A DNA stretch of 64,000 nt from Mytilus californianus (lineage: Eukaryota). Every line of letters begins with the position of its first letter. Within the stretch, counting starts at the first letter, position 1. Made by a program: the position numbers and the translations under genes. The stretch is taken from assembly GCF_021869535.1 (NCBI RefSeq), contig NW_026262668.1, positions 91,574,001 to 91,638,000 of the forward strand, given 5' to 3'. Below are positions 14,001 to 24,769 of this stretch, one piece after another. Under the pieces are notes generated by a model. It searched no databases, was not told where the DNA came from, and worked only from the letters and a program-made list of their open reading frames with translations.

Positions 14001-17000
14001 TTAAAATCCATAGAATTTTTTAATAATTTGTCAAAATGTAGTTTATGTCATACTTTTTTCAAAAATATAATAAAAAGTATGGGTCACCGTGCTTTTTTTT
14101 ACGCTACAGCTTGTGCAAAACTGTCAGATTTTGTATAGATTATGCATGGAAAATCCAATTGTGTGTGATAAAAAGAAAATTACGCCATAGAATTTTAAGA
14201 TCAAATATGAGAAGATAGCTCTAATAATATGCTTTCAGATAAGAAAAAGAAAAAATGGGTTCACCGGACTCATTTTCTCGCTACATAATAAAATAGGTAA
14301 ATTCACAACACATTCTATTATAAAAGTTACTTTATCTGAGTTATGTTCCCTTATATCTGAGTTATCTACCCTTATGTGGCAAAGTTGGAAAAAAGTGAAT
14401 CAAACAAAAATATTCTGTTTTTTGTAAACTACAGCCGTAAATATGATAAAACACATAATTTTCTATATTAATATGACAAGTCTTACACATAAATTACATA
14501 CTACTCCCGAAATTTGCACATTTCATTAAAGATCTAGACCGATTGCTATATGCTATTTCAAAATCCAAGATGGAGGAAGACACCCTAGCTACCTTAAATA
14601 GCAAAAATCAAACAATCAAACTCTTCTTCCAATAGTAAAACCTAGCAGGTCAGTACTTGTATCTTACTAAAAAAATTTGAGACAATCATTACTTAGACTT
14701 ATAGCTGTCACCAAGTAAATCATTCATGATTGTAAGTTTCTAGGTTCTATAATTTGCAAAACATTAAATCATTGTATATATCTGTTTCTCTTCTTGTACT
14801 GTTGACAAGCTTCCTTAAAATTGCTTATTTGCAACATTTACAGACCATCATATTTAAGATGAGACTACTATAACAGTAGTCTCAGACTTATGTGATGATT
14901 CTGTTGATATTAATGTTTATTATCTAAGTCTACTCACATGTTGATATTAGCACCATAGGCTAGTAACACATCTAAACTCTTGGCAACAATATCTAAACCA
15001 GTGGTTGAATGTTTGAATCCCCAATGATCTAACCAACCAGTGTAAAACTCAGAGTTAACCTGTAGAACAAGGTAAAAAAAAACACAATTAGTTTGTTGAA
15101 AGATTTTTTCTGTAAATTAAAAAGTGTGTGTTTAAAGCATGCTCTGTACCACTTCTGAACTTTTAATTGCTTTGTTGTCCTTCATGTGTCCTTTTTTGGC
15201 AATAAATTAACTTTTTTAAATTGAATTTTATCTTCAGTATTAAAGTCATATGAAACTTAAAATTTAAAAAAAAAAATGAATATTTTTATATACTTGAATG
15301 GCTAAGTTTTTACTTCAAAACAAGTGTACCTGAACTTTCTTGTGAATGAAAATCATTTATATTATCAAATCTTCATAAATGTACTACTATTGAATTATTG
15401 ACTTCCTTATTCTAATTTGCCGATATTTTCCCGTATGCAGTAACCTAAACTATGAGATCTCTCGTTAGAACTTCAGCCACCGCACAGCTCAAGTTTGAGG
15501 GAAAAACCTTGATGACAGAATGTAAACAAATGTGGAATGGAAGATAAATAGTATTATTATATACTTAGTAGTATATACAGATAAATTGTATGTGTAATAC
15601 AATCATTGGCAAGCGTGCTGTATCAGCCACCCGTGATGATATCGATATCAGCACGGTTGCAAAGGCTTTATCACACCTTTAATCTGTATGACGTCACGTC
15701 ATCGATTGCAGTCACTGTTGCAAAGGCTTTATCAAACCCCTAATCTGTATGACGTCATGTCAAACCTCTATTCTGTATGACGTCATTTCAACCCTCCCCC
15801 CCCTCCCCCCCCCCCCCCCCCCCCCCCCCCCCTTTATCTGTATGATGTCATGTCACATTAAACACATCTACGTGAGGTATATGTATATAATAAAGTGTAT
15901 ATGATATAGCTTTTTCAATATCACACACCGTATCAACCCTCAACCAATATAATCCCTCGAGCAGAGCTCTTGGGATTATATTGCTGTCTCGGGTTGATAC
16001 GGATGTGATATTGGAAAAGCCATATGATATTCTCTATATAAATTATCCTTAAAGAACAAATCTGATACAACAAATCATTTAATAACTGTAACTCTGTTAA
16101 GGAAAAGTTTAGTTATGGGAACGCATGGAAAATATAAAAAGTTCTATCAAATCACTTATTTGTCACATGCTCCTCATGTTCTGTGTTGATTGTTTATCAA
16201 TGTCATGATCTGGTAAACTTCATCAATGTCATGATCCGGTAAACTTTGGCAATGAACTCGAAAGTTGATTAGCTTGCAATCAACAATCACTGAATGAAAT
16301 ATTATTTCTTGATAATACATTATAGATTCGTAATACATAACTATAAAAATCATGCGTACGACACTTAGTTTAGTATATATGCATGCATTGAAATAATTAT
16401 TTCAATAACATTAAAATTACAAGAAACTTGTTTCATATGACCTTAAAAATGATGAACTGTCTATTCTATAACTAAAGAAAGTTTTGCAAAAATATTATTT
16501 TCACCAACACCTAATGAACTAAACCATCTAACAATAGCATCATATCAAAAATTTAGAACATGTGTTAAGTGTGACTTCTGAACTTTGAAAAATCTATCTG
16601 TTGATGAATTCAAACCCCACACCACTACTTAACACCAAGATACCTTAAAATCTGAACATTAACATACAACACCTCAATTATCATCTTTGCACCATAAAAT
16701 ACAAGTCACAAGTCTTTTAACATCTTTTTGGCATATATCAAATAGTTCAATTTTTTTTTATGAAATTCAGTGGTAATATTGTTTTTACTTTGTATCATAT
16801 TACCTTTTTATACCTTGGTTAGCATCTCTACTATGACCTTTTAACCAGTTAAATGGGTCAATATCCCTAATGCACCACAAAATGAGGAAGACAACAATTA
16901 ATAGTAATAAAAAACCTCTATACAATGATATTGGACATAATGCTGTTCTTAATAATTGACTGAGCTTACCCATCATCATCATTTGTGTATTTTGAAGAGC

Positions 17001-20000
17001 AGAAGACAGAACAATAAAGATGTAAAAACTTTGGAGTTATCAAATTTTTGTAAAGAACTGAATTTCCAGAGAATTTAACTATAAGAAAAAAGAGACTTTT
17101 TACTCGCTGTAGCCACATCAAATCGGGCCTTTTGGAGTTTTCCAATTTCTGAAAAATCTTACCACACTTTGTACCCAGAAAATTTAACAACATTTGTGAA
17201 AATGTCTCAACTTCGAAACATTTCCAAGTTAATGATATGGATAGAAGAATGGATGAAAAGGCTACCAATGTCACCTTCCTGTAATGAAATCCACATATTG
17301 ACCAAACTGAGATCAGGGCATCTATTGGAGTGCATGTAGTTCATATCTAGATCCATTCTTTGATATGATTTAAGACACATATTTTTTTACTTTTACTATA
17401 TTAACAAGGTCTGACACACAGACTTTAGCAGGATTTTCTTGTTGTGTTGAAGACCCATTGGTGGCCTTGGGCTGTTTTCTGCTCTTTGGTCAGGTTGTTG
17501 TCTCTTTGACACATTCCCCGTTTCCATTGTCAATTTTATTTACAATCAAGTTATCAAACATACATTTAGTTTTTACTGTACATACCAAAGGCCCTTTAGG
17601 TTCCCAGTCTCTTTGTGGTTGAAATGCTTTCTTAGGATCCACTACAAAAACATAAAGTAACATTAAAATGTCTAATTAAACTCTAAGTAGTCTGATCTTT
17701 TATACATTCCCTTCACTTTCAACTTTTTTTTTCTAAAAATATACAACCAATTGGAATTCTTTATTAAAGTAAACCCGTCATCTTTGTCATTAAACTGTAT
17801 AGAAAATTGGGGCATGACAAATAAAATGCAGATTTTTTTATTTGTTTATTGGAAGAAAAGTATGTTCGAAATATAAAGAAATTTTATCATGTCTAGTATG
17901 AACAACAGTATAGTGATGGGACGGGCTGGAGATGCAGGTTTGGTTGACATTGCTTCTAATAATAGGGTTTTGAAATAGATCATTCAGATATATTGTATAC
18001 TGTAAAATACTGAGTTGCAAATCCAGAAAAAAAACATGGTGAGGTCCATACCACACTAGCACTACACTTTGGTGTGAAAATGGAGAATTTTTTTTAATGA
18101 ATTAATATTGTGAAGTGGTTTATTTTTAAAGAAACAAAAGTTTGCAATTTTTTAGGACCAAAGCTGTTCATGAGGTTTTTATTTACATGTGTTCTTTGTC
18201 CTTGCATCTGATTTTGCCTTTAGATCAAATTTACCCCAATGGTTATTCTTCATGGTTTTATTTAAGTAACCAAATTAATGCAAATAAATCCTTGAAGAAA
18301 TATCTAACATCACAGTATCACCCCTCAATTATCCAGTCATTGACCCCCCCCCCCCTTTTTTGATTCAAAAATTAGATTTACCACTATTTCTTACCCACTA
18401 GTTTTATTGAGATATGTAAATTAGCTTATGTATAAGTGCAAAAAATAACATGTTAAAGCTTAAGACAATAAAATAATAAAACTAGAACTATGTAAATAAG
18501 AAGATGCGGTATGAGTGCCTATGAGACAACTCTCCATCCAAGTCACAATGTATAAAAAGTTAACAATTATAGGTCAAAGTACAGCCTTCAATATATGTGG
18601 TTATTTTCTGTATATAATAAATATTTCAGGATTTAGAGATGATTAGGATGAGGAAGCTGTGAATTATGTGCAAAATTATAAAGCAGGCAGAAAATATTGA
18701 AGATTGGTAGATCAATTAAGGGAAAAACTTACTAGTAACCCCAAAATCAACCGTAGCATATACACCCTCTAGGTTACCACACTTAAGATAGCCATCACCA
18801 CTCCCGTCAGTGGTTATTAGAATAACCTCATGACCTAGATGGGCCAAAGCCTTTTCACGTAGATATCGTAGGTAATCATAATCACAAGCAAAATAACTGC
18901 CATATTCATTTTCAATCTGAAAAGCAGACCACAGAATATCATCATAGATAATCATACAAGAAATAAGAGGAAAAAACAAACACTATAAATCTGACAGCAC
19001 ACACTTGTACCTAAGTAAAAGAAAAACAGAAGCAATAAAACCTGCCTTAGCAACCATTTTCCTGGTTTTCATCTGTTTTTACTTTACACATGATTCTTTC
19101 AAGAGATTGATAGAAATCCACAAACAAGTATTCTGTATGACAGTTTGGTTTTCAGAAAGATTAAAAAGTATGAGTATAAATACAGCAGTTTCTATGATAG
19201 GAAATATAGAAGTGGAAAGACAATGTTGAAGTAAAATTCTTCAAGTTGTTAGTTTTAATATTTTACATATTGATTTGTATTTCTGCAATTCAAATGTTAT
19301 GTTTCTACGAAATAATGTTTTCTACAATATTTTAAAGGTACCTTGAATAAAATATGCTTTGTATTTGAACAAATTTGATTTTTTTATCCATCTGGGCTCT
19401 CGGTCATAAAACTTTACTCAGTACTCGGAGTACAAAATTTGTGCTCGAAACACCAAATCCATGATTTTGATTGGTTGATTTCTGTGTCTGAGTACGAAAA
19501 TCGTGCTCGAAAGTTTTATGACCGCAAGGCCAGGAAACTAATTGCCTCCAGATTTTTACCAGGAAAAATTACATGTAGGTGTTACTGTACACTAATTGAA
19601 ATTAAATTGTGTACTAAATTACAGAAAAGTGTTTAATATTTATAATCTGAGGAAACATAATAAATTAATATAATGAAATAAAGCAAGCTGTGAAAGTACA
19701 GAAATGTTTTAGCCAATTTGTTGTGAGCGGTGTTATCAACAGATTAATTCAGGTAAATGATTGCCATATACAAATACATGTAATTGTGTTATTAGTTTTT
19801 AAAAAAAAGTTCTCCATTACATAGTATGCTTCTCATATTTTCTTCAAATATTCTACCAAGGAATTGACTATTGATTTAACATTTACAACTAAGCTGTTCG
19901 GTATTAATCAAACGAAAATTAAAAGCACCATTTTTGTGTGATTTGAATTACCAAAAGAAAAAAAAAAACTAAAAAAGCAACCATGCATACAGTTTTTCTT

Positions 20001-23000
20001 TTCATAATTTGTTTCTGACTTCGTTTTAGAAAGTTAGATATGTAAATTCAATATCAAATTTTATTTGGATTTTTGTTGGATTATTTTTTTATTAACTAGC
20101 ATAGAAAGTTCTATTAAATGATTATTAAATTTGCTATATGTGTAAATATGAATGAGAAACATACAATGCACATGTACACTATTGATAAAACTAGTTCCTA
20201 TAAAAACAACGTAAAACGCAATTGTTTCAAGGATATATATTCTTTCCATTTTTTGTCACTTCAGATCAGAAGTTAAATTTTTAAATTATACAATTTTTAA
20301 ATCTACACCTATGAAATATTCTTATTGCAAAGATAACATATTGAGATCAAACAGATAGAATCTATATCTAAAACAATTGCAAACAAATTGGCTATTTAAA
20401 GCTGCTGCAACAGTTGTCTCCACTTACAAGTAGGATGAAAATCTATTGTGGCATATACTCCTTCAATAGTGCCACACTTTAACTCAGGGCTGTCATGGTT
20501 ACCATCTGTGGTAAATATAACAGCATTTTTGCCTAAAAGTGAAAATGCTTTATTCCTCAGATGTCTAATATAGTCATGATCACAGTATCCCCCTGTTCTC
20601 TTATAACTACCATATTCATTTTCTATCTGAAAAATAATGTTCTTCTGTTATATCAGTTCTTTTTCTATGCTGAAAAAAAAGAATGATAATATTGTGTGGA
20701 TATAAACTGTTTGATACTGGTGTTAAATTCTTCTGTAGAATTTAAATGCAGTCACTAAAACGATAAAACATTCAAGTCATAATGTAGCTGACACTATAGC
20801 TATATATATGTGCATAATGAAATATTTGGCTGGTTTTGTTTAAGGCTTCAATAGATCAAATACAGTATTAAACAGTGTCTTTAAGAATAAAGTCAGTTGT
20901 GATAATATTTTTCTTCCTGTTTTGAACAAAGCAACCAGGTCAGCGTTTCTTCACAAAGAAAATGAGATGTGGGGTACCATGAGACAGCAACCAAATGACA
21001 AAAATAACCAAAAGAAATCTAGAGGGCAACATACAGTCTATAACAATAGACGAGTGTCTATACAGTTTGTCAGCTCTATTCTTTTGTGTAATTTTAAAAG
21101 GACAAGTATTATTAACAAGACACCACACGCTGAAATGTCTCGCCTGCTTTACTGACCATTGATTTTATTTTGAAAGTCTTAAAGATAAAGGTTTTACTAC
21201 AAGTATCACATAAACTTAACATTTTTACAGATCCATGACAATGAGGTCAAGGTCAGATAAAAACTGTCACACAGACATGTACACCTTACAATTATTCCAT
21301 ATATCAAATATAGTTGGCCCATTGCTTATGGTAACTGAAAAACAGGCCAAAACACAAAAACTTAATGTTAACCAATGAACCATGGAAATGAGGTCATGGT
21401 CAGATGAAACCTGCCAGACTGACATGTACCCTTACAATCATTCCATACACCACATATAGTTGACCTACTGCTTATAGTATCTGAGAAACGGACCTAATCA
21501 TGTGACTTTAACCTGAATCACTAGTCCATGAAATGATGTTGAGGTCAGGTTAACCATGTCTGACAGACATGTAGACATTGCAAGGAACCCATATACCAAA
21601 TATTGTTATCCTATTACTCATATTATTGGAGAAATTCACATGACAAAAAAAATATAATTTTTTTTCTCAAGTAGTTGCTGAACCATGAAAATGAGGTCAA
21701 GGACAATGGACATATGACAGACAGAAACTATAACATGAGGTATCTGCATACAAGGTATGAAGCATCCAGGTCTTCTTTCTTCTGAAATATAAAGCTTTAT
21801 ATAAGTAGTTTACAACGACGCCACCATCACAGCCTGAGCGGGATGGTAATCCCTATGTCTCGCATACTGCAACTTTCATCACAGACAAGACAAAAACCAT
21901 GCAACAGATGATTGGTCTCCAAAGAAAACTTTTTAGCTAACAAAATATAATAATGGGAAGATAATACATAATTTAAAAGTAAAAATTTCAAACCAAAACT
22001 TTAATATGACCTATAGTGTTCATGAAAATCAATATTATTTCAACTACTGTAAGTTCAGAAATTTTTGCATACATCTATTATTGTGATTTTTGAACAATTG
22101 ACAAAAATTTGAGATTAATTATCGCAATTACAGAGAATGGTGCATCCAAATAATGCTATAATGATTTAAAAAGTGATTTTTTTTTAGTTTTGCAAAATCT
22201 ATTCATCGCAATTTTCACTACAATATAATCATTGCAAAAATTTCTGAATTTAGTATTTTACAGTATTTGATTGCATTTGTAAGTGTCTTCATCTATTTAG
22301 TCATCTTAATAATAAGATTTTTCATAAAATTTCCATTAAAATAAGATCTGTATGAATTCTAGAAAGACTTATTAGTGAATTTGAAATACTAAAACAGACA
22401 CAACATTTTTGTGACAGCAAATATAAATATTACATACCTGAACCATTAACACTGGCCCACCATTTATGTACAGCAAAGGCTTTAACATTGGATACAACAC
22501 CTCTAACCACTTGTCAACATACTTGATATAGGCTAGTAAATTGAAAATGTAAGCATTTTATTCATTAAATAAATATTTTAAAAAATTAGAAATTATTGAG
22601 TAGATGCTTATATTGAACAAAATTCTACGGAAATGCATTTTTCAATCGTTCATAAAATGAAAAGTCTGCAGAAAAAAAGATAAAAGAAATATATGTTGAC
22701 TGTTATTTCTATTTTATCTTTTTTCTTTTAGTCATTATGTTGGTTTTTTTTTCAATGGTTTATATTTCCCCATTGGTATCAACTTACTTTTTCTTGTGAG
22801 AATTGTGAAGCTTTTACATACTTTTAAAAGTCTTAAAATTATTAACTTCAGTTATATACACTGCAAATTTTCTAGTAATTCTAAAGTGATTCATGGACTT
22901 TATTCAAGTTTTAAAAATCTTTTATACTAGGAATAATTGATAACAGAATTTAAAATTGCTGTGTCTGGCTTTTGTAATTTTTTTTGCTTGGAAGAAAATC

Positions 23001-24361
23001 TAACCTCAGTACAAAATGTAGGTACAACTTACTTGAATCCATGGTGCGGAATACTGTATTAGGGTTCTTGGCTAATATGTATGGAGGAAATCCACCCTGA
23101 AATATATTACAGTTCATTACAGCATATTCAAAGTATCATGTACTGTTTTCCTGTTATACTGAGACTATAGAACTAGGTCAAGTAATATTACATATAACTC
23201 AACTAACAAATGTACAGTGTAATCACACTACAAATTATTGGCATTAGATTCAACTTTAACAGTAATTTACAAATTGACCTCTGACATTGCAACATCTTTA
23301 TCTGAATTATCTTTACTTGTAGTAATTGTGAAAACAATCTAATACAAAGCAAATAAAGTCAACAAATAGACCAATGAAAATGAGATTTTTAAGCCAGGTG
23401 ACCTCTTTCAGACATGATTCCTTAAACCAAAAAAAAAAAAACGTTGACCTATACTTTTACAGAGAAACTTGTTAAAATGATAAAAACTAAACATGGATCA
23501 TTAAACAATAATAAAAGAAATCAAAGCCTAGTAACCTCGATAAAATAAATGGATTGGTGTCTTCATCTTACAATGATTATCAGAAAAAAGATCCAGCTAA
23601 AAGTGTAATTACTTACAAAGTCCCACTCTCCACAGATATAGGGCCCTGCTCTAAGTATTACAAACAAGTCAACTTCCTGTGCCTGCTTTATGAATCCAAC
23701 TAAATCCTTGTCTCCTTCAAAATTTAACTTGTTCTCTTCCATCTGATGGAAATTCCAAGGTACATATCTGAAAGTAACAAATTATTTCACCTTCTTTGCT
23801 CAGAAATCTGTATAATTTGCTAAAATTCAATGAGCAAGTATTTTGTTCATATGCTAATTGTTTTCAAATTAATAAGGCGATACAAAGGGGCAATTCACAT
23901 CATAAGTCAAATAAACACAGATAACACCTTACCTAAATTAAAGGTAATGGTACCAAGATATTTTTTGGTAATCATTTAAATCTTAGACTAGTTTCAATAT
24001 GCAATGATATCATCAATTCTAACATCCTGTCCTAATCTTCAATGTTAAGCTGAACCAATGATTCCCTTTGTAATAAGTATAGCAGATGATCACTATCAGC
24101 ACACTTCATACTTGTTTCTAGATTGAATAGATAAATTTTGGTAATTTATTTGGAAAACTTGGTAAATATACATCCTAAAGTCTAATGGACTACCTACACT
24201 TGTATGGCATTCAAGCCAGCAGCTCTCATTTTCTGTAATCTGTCTTTCCAGTAATACGAAGGTATCCTGCTATAATGTATACTGCCAGAGACATAGCGGA
24301 AAGGTTTTCCATCCATACGGAACATGTTGTTATCATAATCAATTGTAAATGTTCTGTTTGC
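4742..24361 (-). CDS. GLB1: Beta-galactosidase, glycoside hydrolase family 35 (GLB1-like); span of traced coding exons 2-17, first coding exon unresolved
   Basis: Hand-spliced exons sum to 1920 nt (639 aa + stop) with exon 6b or 1935 nt with 6a. Motifs [32 protein letters not shown] (acid/base Glu), NSEFYTGW (nucleophile Glu), [35 protein letters not shown]. Exon boundaries match those known for vertebrate GLB1. Confidence 0.96.
5614..5734 (-). CDS. GLB1: GLB1-like exon 16 (TGTPYYSK...[13 protein letters not shown])
   Basis: ttttcag|T ... AAG|gtaatt, 121 nt, phase 2 to 0. Confidence 0.93.
5783..6250 (-). mobile_element. HINE-like element with poly-C tract (6058-6083)
   Basis: End hairpin tgcgccatgagcgca shared with 8158 element; accact...agtggt hairpin at the other end. 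Confidence 0.55.
7606..7709 (-). CDS. GLB1: GLB1-like exon 15 ([20 protein letters not shown]...)
   Basis: ctacag|GGA ... AG|gtacat, 104 nt, phase 0 to 2. Confidence 0.93.
8158..8726 (-). mobile_element. Complete HINE-like element with about 3 internal ~125-bp tandem units; same family 5' part at 54108-54400 (+)
   Basis: 5' tttttatacgcccgtt..gacgtat sub-TIR/hairpin, (gtcc)-type microsatellite, 3' caggcgtat sub-TIR plus hairpin. Confidence 0.7.
9154..9294 (-). CDS. GLB1: GLB1-like exon 14 (VPVGLV...[22 protein letters not shown])
   Basis: ttttag|GTT ... AAG|gtatat, 141 nt, phase 0 to 0. Confidence 0.95.
9559..10593. mobile_element. Non-autonomous TIR DNA transposon (hAT- or P-type), copy 1
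   Basis: Termini caagggaccgaaa / ttccggatccttg; perfect 8-bp TSD attatgtt (9551-9558, 10594-10601); near-identical copy at 57770-58830. Confidence 0.9.
10714..10821 (-). CDS. GLB1: GLB1-like exon 13 (YQGYALYRH...[12 protein letters not shown])
   Basis: ttttcag|TAT ... CAG|gtatga, 108 nt, phase 0 to 0. Confidence 0.93.
11259..11354 (-). CDS. GLB1: GLB1-like exon 12 ([10 protein letters not shown]...[10 protein letters not shown])
   Basis: gaacag|GCA ... CAG|gtatga, 96 nt, phase 0 to 0. Confidence 0.9.
11837..11911 (-). CDS. GLB1: GLB1-like exon 11 ([25 protein letters not shown])
   Basis: ccacag|TAT ... TTT|gtaagt, 75 nt, phase 0 to 0. Confidence 0.92.
12747..12862 (-). CDS. GLB1: GLB1-like exon 10 ([38 protein letters not shown])
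   Basis: ttgtag|GA ... AAG|gtagga, 116 nt, phase 1 to 0. Confidence 0.95.
13758..13798 (-). CDS. GLB1: GLB1-like exon 9 ([13 protein letters not shown])
   Basis: tttaaag|G ... G|gtaagt, 41 nt, phase 2 to 1. Confidence 0.94.
13982..14593. mobile_element. TTAA-TSD MITE with GG...CC termini (Kolobok-type), inserted in a tRNA-SINE-like fragment (13899-13981, 14598-14630)
   Basis: ttaa|ggtagatggggggtct ... agacaccctagctacc|ttaa imperfect TIR. Confidence 0.75.
14938..15059 (-). CDS. GLB1: GLB1-like exon 8, nucleophile exon ([14 protein letters not shown]...GANIN)
   Basis: ctacag|GTT ... AT|gtgagt, 122 nt, phase 0 to 2. Confidence 0.96.
15555..16040. repeat. Dispersed repeat with internal ctgtatgacgtca units, C-tract (15792-15832) and terminal palindrome
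   Basis: Four (t/a)atctgtatga(c/t)gtca units; aatataatccc..gggattatatt and ccgtatcaaccc..gggttgatacgg inverted repeats. Confidence 0.55.
17586..17641 (-). CDS. GLB1: GLB1-like exon 7 ([18 protein letters not shown])
   Basis: tttgtag|TG ... TTG|gtatgt, 56 nt, phase 1 to 0; EPKGPL motif. Confidence 0.93.
18733..18916 (-). CDS. GLB1: GLB1-like exon 6b, canonical catalytic exon ([61 protein letters not shown])
   Basis: cttttcag|ATT ... A|gtaagt, 184 nt, phase 0 to 1; within ORF 18716-18979. Confidence 0.95.
20428..20626 (-). CDS. GLB1: GLB1-like exon 6a, divergent duplicate of the catalytic exon ([66 protein letters not shown])
   Basis: tttttcag|ATA ... T|gtaagt, 199 nt, phase 0 to 1, no stops; not in the ORF track because it lacks a start codon. 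Confidence 0.88.
21117..21895 (-). mobile_element. HINE-like element with repeated catga..atgaggtcaaggtca units
   Basis: atgtctcgc sub-TIR at both ends, internal ~135-bp degenerate repeats. Confidence 0.6.
22047..22263. mobile_element. TA-flanked MITE (Tc1/mariner-type); related copy about 63413-63601
   Basis: ta|ctgtaagttcagaaatttttgca ... tgcaaaaatttctgaattt...acag|ta. Confidence 0.6.
22438..22532 (-). CDS. GLB1: GLB1-like exon 5 ([31 protein letters not shown])
   Basis: tactag|CC ... CAG|gtatgt, 95 nt, phase 1 to 0. Confidence 0.95.
23033..23096 (-). CDS. GLB1: GLB1-like exon 4 ([21 protein letters not shown])
   Basis: tttcag|GGT ... A|gtaagt, 64 nt, phase 0 to 1. Confidence 0.94.
23617..23767 (-). 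CDS. GLB1: GLB1-like exon 3 (YVPWNFH...[12 protein letters not shown])
   Basis: tttcag|A ... TTT|gtaagt, 151 nt, phase 2 to 0. Confidence 0.96.
24198..24361 (-). CDS. GLB1: GLB1-like exon 2 ([54 protein letters not shown])
   Basis: tcttcag|GCA acceptor, GT|gtaggt donor, 164 nt, phase 0 to 2. Confidence 0.95.
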
Positions 24362-24769
24362 CTGAAGATAAAGAAAACTATTAACTCATTTCATAAGCAA
24401 ATAGCTTTTCCCTATTTGACTATGTACAATGGTTGCAGTATTGATTGGTTCGAAAGACACCTTAAAGTCTTGACGGTTTACTCATGAGAACTAAACATAC
24501 CTGCCAACCTCTGGAAGTAAAGATTCAGGTTTTAACTGCATTGAATAATAAAATATCTGCAGGGTCAAAATGTGTTTAAAAAATGGTGGCTCCTGAACGT
24601 GAATATTCTCTAGAACAGGACAATGGATAAAAAAACCTTCAAATTATGTATGCAGCCTATAAAAATATCTTTTAATATCTTTTAATGTGTTTAGTAATTG
24701 TTTTTTTTCCAAAAAAATTATTTTCAATTCTCTCAGAAATATTGATAATAAGCATGTGGGTAAGATTTT

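Noticed and set aside
17838-18363. ORFs 17838-18062 and 18142-18363 between exons 6b and 7 as a third exon-6 copy or duplicate exon 7
   Set aside because: No similarity to any beta-galactosidase exon in any frame I translated.
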